The notes under the pieces: model-generated | The model's database searches: none | Told to the model about the DNA's origin: nothing | What the model saw: the letters and a program-made list of their open reading frames with translations, nothing else | Program-made: the position numbers and the translations under genes | Part shown: piece after piece, positions 1 to 8,385 of the stretch | Numbering within the stretch: the stretch's first letter is position 1 | How the letters are laid out: each line of letters begins with the position of its first letter | From: an uncultured Methanosarcinales archaeon | GTDB taxonomy: Archaea > Nanobdellota > Nanobdellia > Woesearchaeales > UBA119 | Reading direction: 5' to 3' | NCBI GenBank assembly: GCA_964580745.1 | Contig: CAZOKS010000004.1 | Span: 1 to 32,241 of the forward strand | Length of the DNA: 32,241 nucleotides

Positions 1-1574
1 AACAGCACAACAGGCATCTCGAGCTCGTAATCCTTGATTAAGGAGGGATGAAGCTCACCTATCAAACCAATCTCTTTCCTGCCTGAAAACACTTTTCCAG
101 CTCTGCCTGGAATGAAGTAATCGATTTCAGCATCCTCCAACCTAAACTTGACATCCAGCTGCTCTTCAATCAACTGCAATACCTGCTTTATCCGGGTGAA
201 ATCAGCATCTTTGGATGAAATGCCAACGCACAACCTTGCCTCTTCAGAAGGAAATACCTTGCCAATCTCAAAAACCTTTTGAGGGAATTCCCTGGATTTG
301 TTGTTCCTAAAAACATTCATAAGACAAGGTATTAAAGAGGGCCTCAACACATTGTAATCCTGGTTGGAAGGATTCAAAATCTCCAACGCCTCAAACCCAA
401 ATCTCTTTGCATCCTCCTTAGAGACAAGACTAAAATTCTTCAATTCTATAAAACCAGCCCCGATAAGAATCTCTCTTATCTTATTCTGAAATGCAATCTC
501 CTTGTCCTCCTCTCCTTTTGTGTATATAGAGGGCATATTAGCGGGAATGTTGTCATAGCCATACCCAATAGCAACATCCTCTACAAGATCAACAGGATGC
601 AGGATGTCAGCCCGATAAGGAGGCACATAGGCCTTGCCCTTCTCATACCTTATGCCCATCTTGGCCAAAGACTCTTTTATTCTCTTTGCATCCAAATCAA
701 TCCCTATAATCCTTGAAACGTATTTTGCATCAAGCTCCATCTCCTCTTCCTTGAAATCAGGCGTAATCGCTTGAAAATCAGGATACTCAAGCGTCATAGG
801 ATATACCTCAGCACCCATATCAAGGAGACAGCATGCAATTATATTAAGCCCCTTCTTGAGATAATCAAAGTCAAAGCCCGAACACTCAATAAAGACCTCT
901 TTGGTATTCTCATCAATCTTGCCTGTATCATGGGAATTTACTATAGGAGGCACAGACAACACATTGCCGTCAGCATCCACAAAATAAGGGAACTTTTTCT
1001 TCCCCTTCAAAAGATGCCCGTACTCTCTGCCCGTAGGATGCTTCTCCAAAAGCTCTTTCGCATTCATCTCCTCAGAAGACTCCAAAGGCCTAAATCTTAT
1101 TTTTTGAGGGTTATCAGCTTTAAAATGGATAGGCAGTTTGATATGCTCCAAAGGATAGATGCCAATAGCCATCTTCTTCCTCTTCCTTCCAAACGTAATA
1201 TGAAGCTTCTCCTGAATCCTTATAAGCTCCCTGATCTTGGCATCATCCAGCCTCAACCCCTTAGCAATACAGCAGGCAGTATACGGCCTTACATTCTCAA
1301 CACTCTTATCTACTATAACCTTATATCCTGCATCATCAGCAACCCTATACCCTTTAACCTTATCCTTACCTATCAAATACCTAATGCCTCGGGCAATCCC
1401 GTAGGCAGAAAGGAAATCAGGCCTATTCGGGAAAACCTCAATAACAAACTCCTTATTGCTGGAAGATTCAAGCTCCACTCCCAAAGAGCCCAGCAGCTCA
1501 GCAAGCTTATCCTCTTTAATTCGCTCTCCAATCAGCATATATAACTGTTCCTTCTCAATCTCAACGCTAGGCAT
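1..1574 (-). CDS. pheT: Phenylalanine--tRNA ligase beta subunit, archaeal type. The C-terminal end runs off the window edge.
   Basis: Absent from the ORF track because no stop codon lies inside the window. My reverse-strand translation from the ATG at 1574 stays open for 524 codons: MPSVEIEKEQLYMLIGERIKEDKLAELLGSLGVELE...NRPDFLSAYGIARGIRYL...PPIVNSHDTG...RADILHPVDLVEDVAIGYGYDNIP...LRPSLIPCLMNVFRNN...GELHPSLIKDYELEMPVV. The start lies 1 nt after the pheS stop, so the two genes look translationally coupled. Confidence 0.9.
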   Translation of the reverse strand, partial: MPSVEIEKEQLYMLIGERIKEDKLAELLGSLGVELESSSNKEFVIEVFPNRPDFLSAYGIARGIRYLIGKDKVKGYRVADDAGYKVIVDKSVENVRPYTACCIAKGLRLDDAKIRELIRIQEKLHITFGRKRKKMAIGIYPLEHIKLPIHFKADNPQKIRFRPLESSEEMNAKELLEKHPTGREYGHLLKGKKKFPYFVDADGNVLSVPPIVNSHDTGKIDENTKEVFIECSGFDFDYLKKGLNIIACCLLDMGAEVYPMTLEYPDFQAITPDFKEEEMELDAKYVSRIIGIDLDAKRIKESLAKMGIRYEKGKAYVPPYRADILHPVDLVEDVAIGYGYDNIPANMPSIYTKGEEDKEIAFQNKIREILIGAGFIELKNFSLVSKEDAKRFGFEALEILNPSNQDYNVLRPSLIPCLMNVFRNNKSREFPQKVFEIGKVFPSEEARLCVGISSKDADFTRIKQVLQLIEEQLDVKFRLEDAEIDYFIPGRAGKVFSGRKEIGLIGELHPSLIKDYELEMPVVL

Positions 1575-1575
1575 C

Positions 1576-3102
1576 TTAAACCCTCATGAACTTCTTTATT
1601 CTTCTCAAAACCTTAATATCATTCCTATACAAATCTCTTAAATCTTTAAAGCCATAATATGGCATCATAATCCTGCCAAGCCCAAGCCCCCAAGCCAACA
1701 CTGGGATTTCCCTGCTAAGCAGAGGCACAGTAACCTCAGGCCTGAATATACCAGCACCACCAAGCTCAATCCAGCTCTTCTTCTCCTTAGAATACACCAA
1801 AACCTCAGCAGATGGTTCTGTATATGGGAAGTAAGCCGGCTTTATCCTTATCTTATCATATCCCATCTTCTCATAGAACTGGCTCAAAAAGCCCTTCAGA
1901 TATGAGAAATTGACCTCATCTGCAACCACAATCCCCTCAACCTGATAGAACTCAAACAGATGGCTCCAATCTAGGGTTTCATTTCGGAAGACCTTGCTTA
2001 CCGTAAAATACTTGCCAGGGATATCCTCCTCAGAAAGCTGGCTCAGTGTAATCGCAGAAAGCACAGTAGAATGCGTCCTCAACAACAGCATCTCAGATTT
2101 ATTCTTGTCCAGTGGGCTGCCCCAGCCCTTGCTTTCTGTCTTACCTCCATTCTCATGCACTCTGCTAATTTCCTTAAACAGTTTTGAAGGCACCTCTCTC
2201 TTGCCTTTGACATAGAAGGTATCCTGCATCTCCCTTGCAGGATGGTCTTGTGGAACAAATAATGCATCCATATCCCAGAAAGCGTTCTGCACAATCCTGC
2301 CAGACATCTCTTTAAAGCCCAATTCTATCCATATCTTCCTAACATAATTGATGGTCTCGTTAATAAAATGCTTCCTTCCGGCATTGATTTTAGGCACCAC
2401 TGCCTTAATATCATAGTGCCTAAACTTCTTCCCCCGCCAACTCTCTTTCTTTATAATTTCAGGAGTAAGCCTCTCCAAAGTCTTTATCTTGGACAGTTTG
2501 CCCTTTACCTTCTTGCCAAACGGGGTAAGCCAAACCTCCCTGTCTTTTTCCTTAACAAGCTCAACAAAGTCCTTTCTTCTTATAAGATCTTTGAGCATAT
2601 TCTTATCAATATCCTTCCCCTCTTTGATATCAGAGATTATCTTCTGCTCTTCAAAGCCCTTCTTAAGGAGATCCTCTCCTTTATTAGTAATAGAGACGCC
2701 CTCAGAATCCATCTTTATAGCGTTCTTCCTTCTTAATGCTCCAATAGCAAAGTTCAGTTCTCCCCTTTCAATATCAAACTGTTCAGGGTTAGCCTGAATA
2801 GACCTTATAGTTATTTTCTTGCCCTTCAATCTTTCCAATAATCTCTTTTCAGGCAAGCCCTCTTTCAGCGCTTTCTCACCATTTTCGCCCAAAACATACC
2901 TCTCCTTCTCAACCTTATTGGTTTCAACAAGCCCCTTATTGCCAAGCCATTGTATAGCCCGCATAACCTCTACCTGTTTCAACCCTGTAGAAGAGACAAG
3001 AGAGCTAAGAAGACTCTTTCCCTTGATTTTGTTCAAAACCTCTCTCTCATTAGAGGTAAGCTTCAGCATGATGTCCTCTTCTTTTCCGCTCATATTAACC
3101 AC
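1576..3102 (-). CDS. pheS: Phenylalanine--tRNA ligase alpha subunit, archaeal/eukaryotic type with N-terminal winged-helix repeats
   Basis: 508-aa ORF. Class II core motifs are present (FVPQDHPAREMQDTFY, LLRTHSTV, FRNETLDWSHLFEFYQVEG, GAGIFRPEV). The true start may be an internal ATG at 3093 or 3069 (MLKLTSNEREVL), because a TATA-like ttttatataaaa sits at 3113-3124. Confidence 0.93.
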   Translation of the reverse strand: MVNMSGKEEDIMLKLTSNEREVLNKIKGKSLLSSLVSSTGLKQVEVMRAIQWLGNKGLVETNKVEKERYVLGENGEKALKEGLPEKRLLERLKGKKITIRSIQANPEQFDIERGELNFAIGALRRKNAIKMDSEGVSITNKGEDLLKKGFEEQKIISDIKEGKDIDKNMLKDLIRRKDFVELVKEKDREVWLTPFGKKVKGKLSKIKTLERLTPEIIKKESWRGKKFRHYDIKAVVPKINAGRKHFINETINYVRKIWIELGFKEMSGRIVQNAFWDMDALFVPQDHPAREMQDTFYVKGKREVPSKLFKEISRVHENGGKTESKGWGSPLDKNKSEMLLLRTHSTVLSAITLSQLSEEDIPGKYFTVSKVFRNETLDWSHLFEFYQVEGIVVADEVNFSYLKGFLSQFYEKMGYDKIRIKPAYFPYTEPSAEVLVYSKEKKSWIELGGAGIFRPEVTVPLLSREIPVLAWGLGLGRIMMPYYGFKDLRDLYRNDIKVLRRIKKFMRV

Positions 3103-3131
3103 ATAATTAAAGGTTTTTTATATAAAACTTG

Positions 3132-4226
3132 CTAATTCTCCTTAATCTCAACAATATCCCCGTCCCTTAAGATATGATCGAGGCTGTGCCTCTGACCAGG
3201 GAACTTAGCGCTAGGCCCCCACACCCTTGCAAACCTGAAATTCTTTACCATCTCCCGATGCACTTTCTCGCAAAGTTGTTTTATAGTGCTGCCCCTCTTA
3301 AGAATCATCGGCTCCTCCAAATCCGCATCCTTTCCCGGCTCCTTCATAAAAACCCTTATGAAATCCAACTTCTCAAAGATAAGACACTTCAACTCCTCGA
3401 TATTAATCATCTCTTTTGCCGATACACACAAATCCGGCTTGATTATCTTCTTGACCTCTTCAAGCCTTTTTTTCCCAACCAGATCAATCTTATTCAATAA
3501 AGTAATGGAAGGCAGGTATTTTCTGTTCCCTTCAATAATATCTATGAGCTGGTCAACATCAATATCCTCCCTGAAAACAACCTCGCAATTAGTATACTTA
3601 AACTCCCTCAGTATTTTTTTTATAGTGTTGGGATGCATCTTGGTAAGCTTCACAGTAGACCTGAGAATAATCCCACCCTTTGGCTTCCTGGTTATTTTAA
3701 CAAAAGGCTTATGCTCGTCAATCCTTATTCCAGCTTCTCTTAATTCCTGCTTGATTGCATTATGCTCCTCAGGCTTATTCACATCCACCAAAATGATACA
3801 AAGGTCCGCACTCCTGACGCAAGATAATACCTCCTTGCCCCTTCCCCTTCCAGATGCAGCTCCCTCCACAATACCAGGCACATCCAGGATCTGAATCTTG
3901 GCATATTCATATTCAAGCATGCCAGGAATAACATCTAAAGTGGTAAAGGCATATCCTCCTGTCTCAGATTCAGCCCCTGTAATGGCATTAAGCAAAGTAG
4001 ATTTTCCAGAAGAAGGAAATCCAATCAGAATCACAGTGCCATCGCCGCTTCTCCTGACAGCATACCCCTCATGGCTTCCACCACTCTGACTTCTGGCAAT
4101 CGCCTTCTCCTTCAACTGGGCTATCTTAGCCTTTACCAACCCAATATGCCCTTCAGTTCTCTTGTTATATTTTGTTTTGGAGAGCTCCTCTTTCAGCTTG
4201 TCAATCTCCTTCCAATAGTCAACCAT
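3132..4226 (-). CDS. DRG-family (Obg-class) GTPase with C-terminal TGS domain
   Basis: 364 aa. The G1 motif is GFPSSGKSTLLNAITG, G3 is DVPGIVEGA and G4 is NKID. The C-terminal TGS-like segment ends DGDIVEI. A TATA-like tttataaa about 27 nt upstream of the ATG suggests a near-leaderless mRNA. Confidence 0.9.
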   Translation of the reverse strand: MVDYWKEIDKLKEELSKTKYNKRTEGHIGLVKAKIAQLKEKAIARSQSGGSHEGYAVRRSGDGTVILIGFPSSGKSTLLNAITGAESETGGYAFTTLDVIPGMLEYEYAKIQILDVPGIVEGAASGRGRGKEVLSCVRSADLCIILVDVNKPEEHNAIKQELREAGIRIDEHKPFVKITRKPKGGIILRSTVKLTKMHPNTIKKILREFKYTNCEVVFREDIDVDQLIDIIEGNRKYLPSITLLNKIDLVGKKRLEEVKKIIKPDLCVSAKEMINIEELKCLIFEKLDFIRVFMKEPGKDADLEEPMILKRGSTIKQLCEKVHREMVKNFRFARVWGPSAKFPGQRHSLDHILRDGDIVEIKEN

Positions 4227-4312
4227 TAGAACAAGAGAGAGAAATTCCTTTTATAAATATTATCTCCCTTCTTTCTAACATACAGAAAAATTTAAATACA
4301 CCTTTTTGTTCC

Positions 4313-4338
4313 CCCCTGTTGATTTAAAGTCAACGGGG
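4313..4338 (+). promoter_or_regulatory. Imperfect palindrome or hairpin (CCCC-t-GTTGA / 7-nt loop / TCAACGGGG) in the groES upstream region
   Basis: Read directly from the sequence. Positions 4313-4316 pair with 4335-4338, and 4318-4322 pair with 4330-4334. T4317 is bulged. The element lies between TATA-like tttaaata (4291-4298) and tttattttaa (4339-4348), upstream of the SD GGGGTGA at 4376-4382. Confidence 0.4.
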
Positions 4339-4388
4339 TTTATTTTAAGTAAACAAAATAAATAGTCTTGAAGTCGGGGTGATAAAAG

Positions 4389-4664
4389 ATGGATATAACA
4401 GTATTAGGACCAAGAGTTTTATTAAAACCAGTTGAGAAAGAGCAAAAAACAAAGGGAGGACTCTATATACCAGATTCCGCGAAAAATGAGAATAAAGAGG
4501 GGGAGGTTGTAGAGGTAGGCTCTTACGAGAGCAAAGACAAAGAGATGCCTGTTAAGAAAGGAGACAAAGTGATATATTCGGGCTTCTCAGACAACGAGAT
4601 AACAATTGATGGTGAAAAATACATTATAGTAAACATTAAAGATGTATTGGCTATTATCAAATAA
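4389..4664 (+). CDS. groES: Co-chaperonin GroES (Cpn10), bacterial type
   Basis: 91 aa: [27 protein letters not shown]...GEVVEVGS...[10 protein letters not shown]. It is preceded by the SD GGGGTGAT, and groEL follows after 14 nt. Confidence 0.92.
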   Translation: MDITVLGPRVLLKPVEKEQKTKGGLYIPDSAKNENKEGEVVEVGSYESKDKEMPVKKGDKVIYSGFSDNEITIDGEKYIIVNIKDVLAIIK

Positions 4665-4678
4665 AGGGGGTGAATATT

Positions 4679-6310
4679 ATGACAGCAAAGAAAATAAATT
4701 ATTATGAGAATGCAAGAAAAAGTGTATTTAAAGGCGTTGAAAAGATATCTAGCGCGGTTAAGATAACATTGGGACCAAGAGGAAAGCATGTCATTCTCGA
4801 CAAAGGTTATGGCAGCCCAACCATAACAAACGATGGCGTTACAATAGCTAAAGAGATAGAATTAAAAGATAAGTTTGAGAACATGGGTGCTGAGCTAATC
4901 AAGGAAGTAGCCTCAAAGACTCAAGATGTTTCAGGAGACGGAACCACAACTGCAACAGTATTAGCAGAAGCCATCCTCAAGGAAGGATTGAAGAACGTGG
5001 CAGCAGGTGGCAATCCTGTTGAGATTAGGAAAGGCATTGAAAAAGCCACAAAGAAAGTAGTAGAATTCTTAAGGGAACATAGCATTCCTGTGAAAGACAA
5101 GGAAAAGATTGCACAGGTAGGCACAATATCAGCCAACAACGATGAAGAGGTAGGAAATTTGATAGCTCAAGCAATGGAGAAAGTAGGCAATAAAGGAGTG
5201 ATAACTGTTGAAGAGGCCAAATCAATGGAAACCTCTTTGGAAGTAGTGGAAGGAATGCAGTTCGACAGAGGTTATCTCTCGCCGTATATGGTAACAGACT
5301 CAGAAAAGATGGAAGCTGTTTTGGAAGATGCCTACGTGCTTCTCTTTGACAAAAAGATCAGCTCAATGAAATCACTTGTAGGTCTGCTTGAAAAAGTGGC
5401 ACAGCGGAACAAACATCTGCTGATTATTGCTGATGATGTGGAAGGAGAAGCCCTAGCTACATTAATCCTCAACATGATAAGAGGAGTATTAAAGGTTGTA
5501 GCAGTCAAGGCACCAAGCTTCGGCGATGAAAGAAAGCAGATGCTTGAAGACATTGCTGTCCTTACAGGAGGCACAGTCATCTCAGAAGAAAAGGGAATGA
5601 AGCTTGAGAATGCCACCTTGGAAATGCTTGGCAGAACCTCTAAGGTAAAGGTGGATAAAGACAAGACCATCTTAGTCGGAGGAGCCGGAGACAAGAAAGT
5701 AATCCAGAAGAGGATAGCTCAGATTGAACAGCAAATAGAAAACGCTGATTCCGATTTCGAGAAGGAAGACCTTGAGAAGAGGCTTGCTAAACTCTCGGGC
5801 GGAGTTGCAGTAATAAAAGTAGGAGCAGCCACAGAAACAGAGATGAAAGAGAAGAAGGCAAGAGTAGATGATGCCTTGCATGCAACCAGAGCAGCAGTTG
5901 AAGAAGGCGTTGTATGCGGAGGAGGTGTTGCTCTTCTGAGAGCTGGCATGAAGCTTAAAGAAGAGGGCTTTGTAGGAGACGAAGTCATTGGATTGAGAAT
6001 AGTGAAGAAAGCATTGGAAGCTCCTTTAAGGCTTATAGTTGAGAATGCCGGCCATGAAGGCTCTGTTATTGTTAATGAGATTAAGAACAATGACTCAGAC
6101 ACCTACGGCTTTAACGCCAAGAAAGGCAAGTTTGAAGACCTGGTAAAGGCAGGAGTTATCGATCCAACTAAAGTGACAAGGAATGCGCTTCAGAATGCTG
6201 CAAGCATCGCAGGCCTTGTCCTCACAACAGACGCAGTTGTTGTGGAGATGGATGATGAAGATAACAAAGGCGGACAGCCTGCACCAGGCGGCATGCCCGG
6301 CATGATGTAA
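4679..6310 (+). CDS. groEL: Group I chaperonin GroEL (Cpn60)
   Basis: Contains [12 protein letters not shown]...[11 protein letters not shown]...[13 protein letters not shown]...[11 protein letters not shown] and a C-terminal GGMPGMM tail. The ORF track starts at GTG 4670. ATG 4679 sits 7 nt after the SD AAGGGGGTG and is the more likely start. Confidence 0.95.
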   Translation: MTAKKINYYENARKSVFKGVEKISSAVKITLGPRGKHVILDKGYGSPTITNDGVTIAKEIELKDKFENMGAELIKEVASKTQDVSGDGTTTATVLAEAILKEGLKNVAAGGNPVEIRKGIEKATKKVVEFLREHSIPVKDKEKIAQVGTISANNDEEVGNLIAQAMEKVGNKGVITVEEAKSMETSLEVVEGMQFDRGYLSPYMVTDSEKMEAVLEDAYVLLFDKKISSMKSLVGLLEKVAQRNKHLLIIADDVEGEALATLILNMIRGVLKVVAVKAPSFGDERKQMLEDIAVLTGGTVISEEKGMKLENATLEMLGRTSKVKVDKDKTILVGGAGDKKVIQKRIAQIEQQIENADSDFEKEDLEKRLAKLSGGVAVIKVGAATETEMKEKKARVDDALHATRAAVEEGVVCGGGVALLRAGMKLKEEGFVGDEVIGLRIVKKALEAPLRLIVENAGHEGSVIVNEIKNNDSDTYGFNAKKGKFEDLVKAGVIDPTKVTRNALQNAASIAGLVLTTDAVVVEMDDEDNKGGQPAPGGMPGMM

Positions 6311-6333
6311 ATTTTTTTCTTTTTTTCCTCTTA
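6311..6333 (+). terminator. Oligo-T tract, a probable archaeal-type terminator for groESL
   Basis: The sequence atttttttctttttttcctcttatt follows the groEL stop immediately. Confidence 0.5.
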
Positions 6334-6357
6334 TTCTTTTAAACTTCTACGATTTTT
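6334..6357 (+). repeat. Copy 1 of a ~25-nt box TTCTTTTAAA(A)CTT(CT)ACGATTTTT. Copy 2 is at 29010-29032.
   Basis: Hand alignment: ttcttttaaa-cttctacgattttt versus ttcttttaaaactt--acgattttt. Both copies lie 16-22 nt upstream of a TATA-like element of a + strand gene. Confidence 0.5.
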
Positions 6358-6404
6358 GAAGTCATAATAACCTTTATATATCTTCTAACTCTATTCATAG
6401 TAAA

Positions 6405-7232
6405 ATGAAATCCACAAAAATGATAAATTATGTTTTTATAGCTGCTTTGATAACATCCCTTTTCCTAATAGGGTGCTCTTCAAAGGAAACAGGAGGAGGT
6501 TATCCTTCGATTCCCCCTTCTGTGATATATAAACTAGATAAGGCACCTGTAGATGAAGAATCTGCACTTAATGCTGTAAGGAATAATATAAGATCTCTAC
6601 TAGGTTATATATACTTAGGAGAGAATTCTAATCTTAATCAAGAGGACATTGATTATTGGAGGTCATATCATGTTGTAGCATATACTGATCCAGCCCATGA
6701 TCCTTATGTATTTGGGCAATATCTACAAGATGCAACTCTTCTAATGACTGAAGAAAAATTTATTGCTCCTCAAGTAGAGAAAGTTTCAATAACAAAAGAG
6801 TCTTATTTTGATAAATCAGGGACGGAATATATTCAATACTTCTTAGACGGGCGGTTTATGGGTGCCAATCTTGATGATTCGTTTTTGGAAAAACAAGCTT
6901 ACAAGGTTTCGGTGCTTTCCCCAGTTTTCAGAAAAAAGGAGAACTCCTCTGTAGAATTAGATTATAAGATTGAAGATGATAAGCTCCTTTATAAGATTCT
7001 AACATGTGAAAACCCAGAATGTATTGAAAAGCATAAGGGGGATGTGGGATTTTTCTGCTCAGTATCAGAAGAAATGCTTACCCCTGAAGGCAAGTGCAAA
7101 GAGGAATATATTATCGAGAAGTGGAAGGAACAAGACGATAGAATTACTTTTTATATCTTAGATAATTACATATTAGTCTTTGGCGGAGTAATACCTATGC
7201 CTTATTCCCTTTATGATGATCCTCTTGTTTAA
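6405..7232 (+). CDS. Hypothetical secreted protein with a lipobox-like signal peptide
   Basis: 275 aa. The N-terminus is MKSTKMINYVFIAALITSLFLIGCSSKE, a hydrophobic h-region followed by L-I-G-C. I recognise no family for the mature part. It has 4 further Cys residues in two pairs (TCENPEC, FFC...GKC). A TATA-like tttatata lies at 6373-6380. Confidence 0.7.
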   Translation: MKSTKMINYVFIAALITSLFLIGCSSKETGGGYPSIPPSVIYKLDKAPVDEESALNAVRNNIRSLLGYIYLGENSNLNQEDIDYWRSYHVVAYTDPAHDPYVFGQYLQDATLLMTEEKFIAPQVEKVSITKESYFDKSGTEYIQYFLDGRFMGANLDDSFLEKQAYKVSVLSPVFRKKENSSVELDYKIEDDKLLYKILTCENPECIEKHKGDVGFFCSVSEEMLTPEGKCKEEYIIEKWKEQDDRITFYILDNYILVFGGVIPMPYSLYDDPLV

Positions 7233-7244
7233 GTGTGAGTATTT

Positions 7245-7397
7245 TCAGACTGGTATTGAATGTATTTTTCTTTTTTCTATCTCTCTTATTATCCTCCTCA
7301 GATGAAGAGGAGAATTATTATTCTCGTAGAATGTTTCCAAAATCTTCCTGTATGAATCCTTTATTAGTGTCCTCATAATTAAAACGATTGTAATCAT
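7245..7397 (-). pseudogene. 50-codon ORF resembling only the N-terminal part of a winged-helix domain of the kind fused to the NTase at 9555. Possible gene remnant.
   Basis: My translation is MITIVLIMRTLIKDSYRKILETFYENNNSPLHLRRIIREIEKRKIHSIPV*. Compare KKIIKEYFFVNPSAKFRVREIERTL in the 177-aa protein at 9555. The ORF stops 13 nt from the convergent lipoprotein stop. It has no SD and is shorter than the ORF-track cutoff. Confidence 0.3.
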
Positions 7398-7440
7398 TAT
7401 TAGAACATTTGAATACTGTACTATTCTTTATCCTTATATC

Positions 7441-7746
7441 TTACTCCTGCACATACTTAGCATGAGAATCAAGGCAATCCTTAGCCCTCTGCAGCTCCTT
7501 GCCTAAATAAGCCAGATGTTGTTTATTCCCTAGATCAATCTGCTCTATAATAGTCTTGTAAAGCTTCTCAACATCTTTGCCCTTAAAAATATGAGTTATC
7601 TCATAATCATAGTTGCACCAGCCGACCTCTATCTCCCTATTATCATGATTAATCCTAATCAAGAAGAAGCCCTTCTTGTCGAGCTTGCACTTGATATCTC
7701 TCTCATTAACCTCCTTGGCATCTTTCCTGAGCTTGATTTTCTTCAT
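7441..7746 (-). CDS. Small stand-alone DUF4346-like protein
   Basis: 101 aa. The pattern LDKKGFFLIRI...IEV...I.G....LYKTII......HLAYLGKELQRAKDCL....KYVQE matches what I remember of the DUF4346 domain (D.kGyF.I ... HaaYLGrEL.rAe..L ... YvQD). This is recalled from memory, not searched. Confidence 0.6.
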   Translation of the reverse strand: MKKIKLRKDAKEVNERDIKCKLDKKGFFLIRINHDNREIEVGWCNYDYEITHIFKGKDVEKLYKTIIEQIDLGNKQHLAYLGKELQRAKDCLDSHAKYVQE

Positions 7747-7807
7747 TTTATAAACCCTGTGATTACTTCATATTTAAAAAGAGAATGGTTTTATATAAAA
7801 AACCTAT

Positions 7808-7816
7808 TTTCCAGTG
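7808..7816. repeat. Left arm (TTTCCAGTG) of an inverted repeat flanking the 175-aa gene
   Basis: tttccagtg at 7808-7816 is the exact reverse complement of cactggaaa at 8386-8394. The extended arms match at 14 of 19 positions. Confidence 0.35.
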
Positions 7817-7854
7817 AAAACATTTAAAAATATATTAGAGTCTTATAATTAGTT

Positions 7855-8382
7855 ATGAGCAGGAAAAATCTGGACCCTCCCCTTGAAAGAAAGGTAAGTG
7901 ATATAGGAAAACATTATGAATATTGGAGACAAATAATAACCACGCCCTCATATGATAAGAATCAGGATGCATATGAGGCTGCGAATAAATTACTTGAGGA
8001 TCTTATAAAAGACATTGGAGAATATAGTAGAATACTGGCCCAATCTGAAGAATTGATGAATGTATTCCGTTTTGTATGTGATGATAATGAGGATTATAAA
8101 GCAAGAGTAATGAGGTTAGATAATCATAGAAGAGCGGTTCACAATTCAGCAATACAAAAATTCGGTCTGATAAATCGAATATTAGCCAAAAATTTTGAGT
8201 ATCATGATAAAATAATTGCTCCAGATAATTCTTATGTTGGAATATATCCAGCCTCTCCAAAACATTTATATTTCAATCCTCGTAAGGACATAGAAATAGG
8301 TGTAACCCAGCATAATTGCAGAGAAGAAATAGGTCAAACAATGATATATTTGGCCTATTACTTTGGTATGAAGAACTTATAG
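7855..8382 (+). CDS. Hypothetical protein, no family recognised
   Basis: 175-aa ORF with plausible protein composition (MSRKNLDPPLERKVSDIGKHYEYWRQ...RLDNHRRAVHNSAIQKFGLINRIL...). A TATA-like catttaaaaatata lies about 25 nt upstream of the ATG, which suggests a leaderless mRNA. The gene looks more AT-rich than the core genes by eye. Confidence 0.7.
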   Translation: MSRKNLDPPLERKVSDIGKHYEYWRQIITTPSYDKNQDAYEAANKLLEDLIKDIGEYSRILAQSEELMNVFRFVCDDNEDYKARVMRLDNHRRAVHNSAIQKFGLINRILAKNFEYHDKIIAPDNSYVGIYPASPKHLYFNPRKDIEIGVTQHNCREEIGQTMIYLAYYFGMKNL

Positions 8383-8385
8383 TTC

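Noticed and set aside
771-1544. 257-aa + strand ORF in the supplied track
   Set aside because: It lies entirely antisense to the pheT coding sequence, which I translated myself. It starts at TTG, and its composition (I/L/R/N/S/K-rich, no recognisable motif) is typical of a shadow ORF.
4227-4388. CIRCE/HrcA operator upstream of the bacterial-type groESL
   Set aside because: I searched by eye for TTAGCACTC-N9-GAGTGCTAA on both strands and found nothing resembling it. Only the unrelated palindrome reported above is present.
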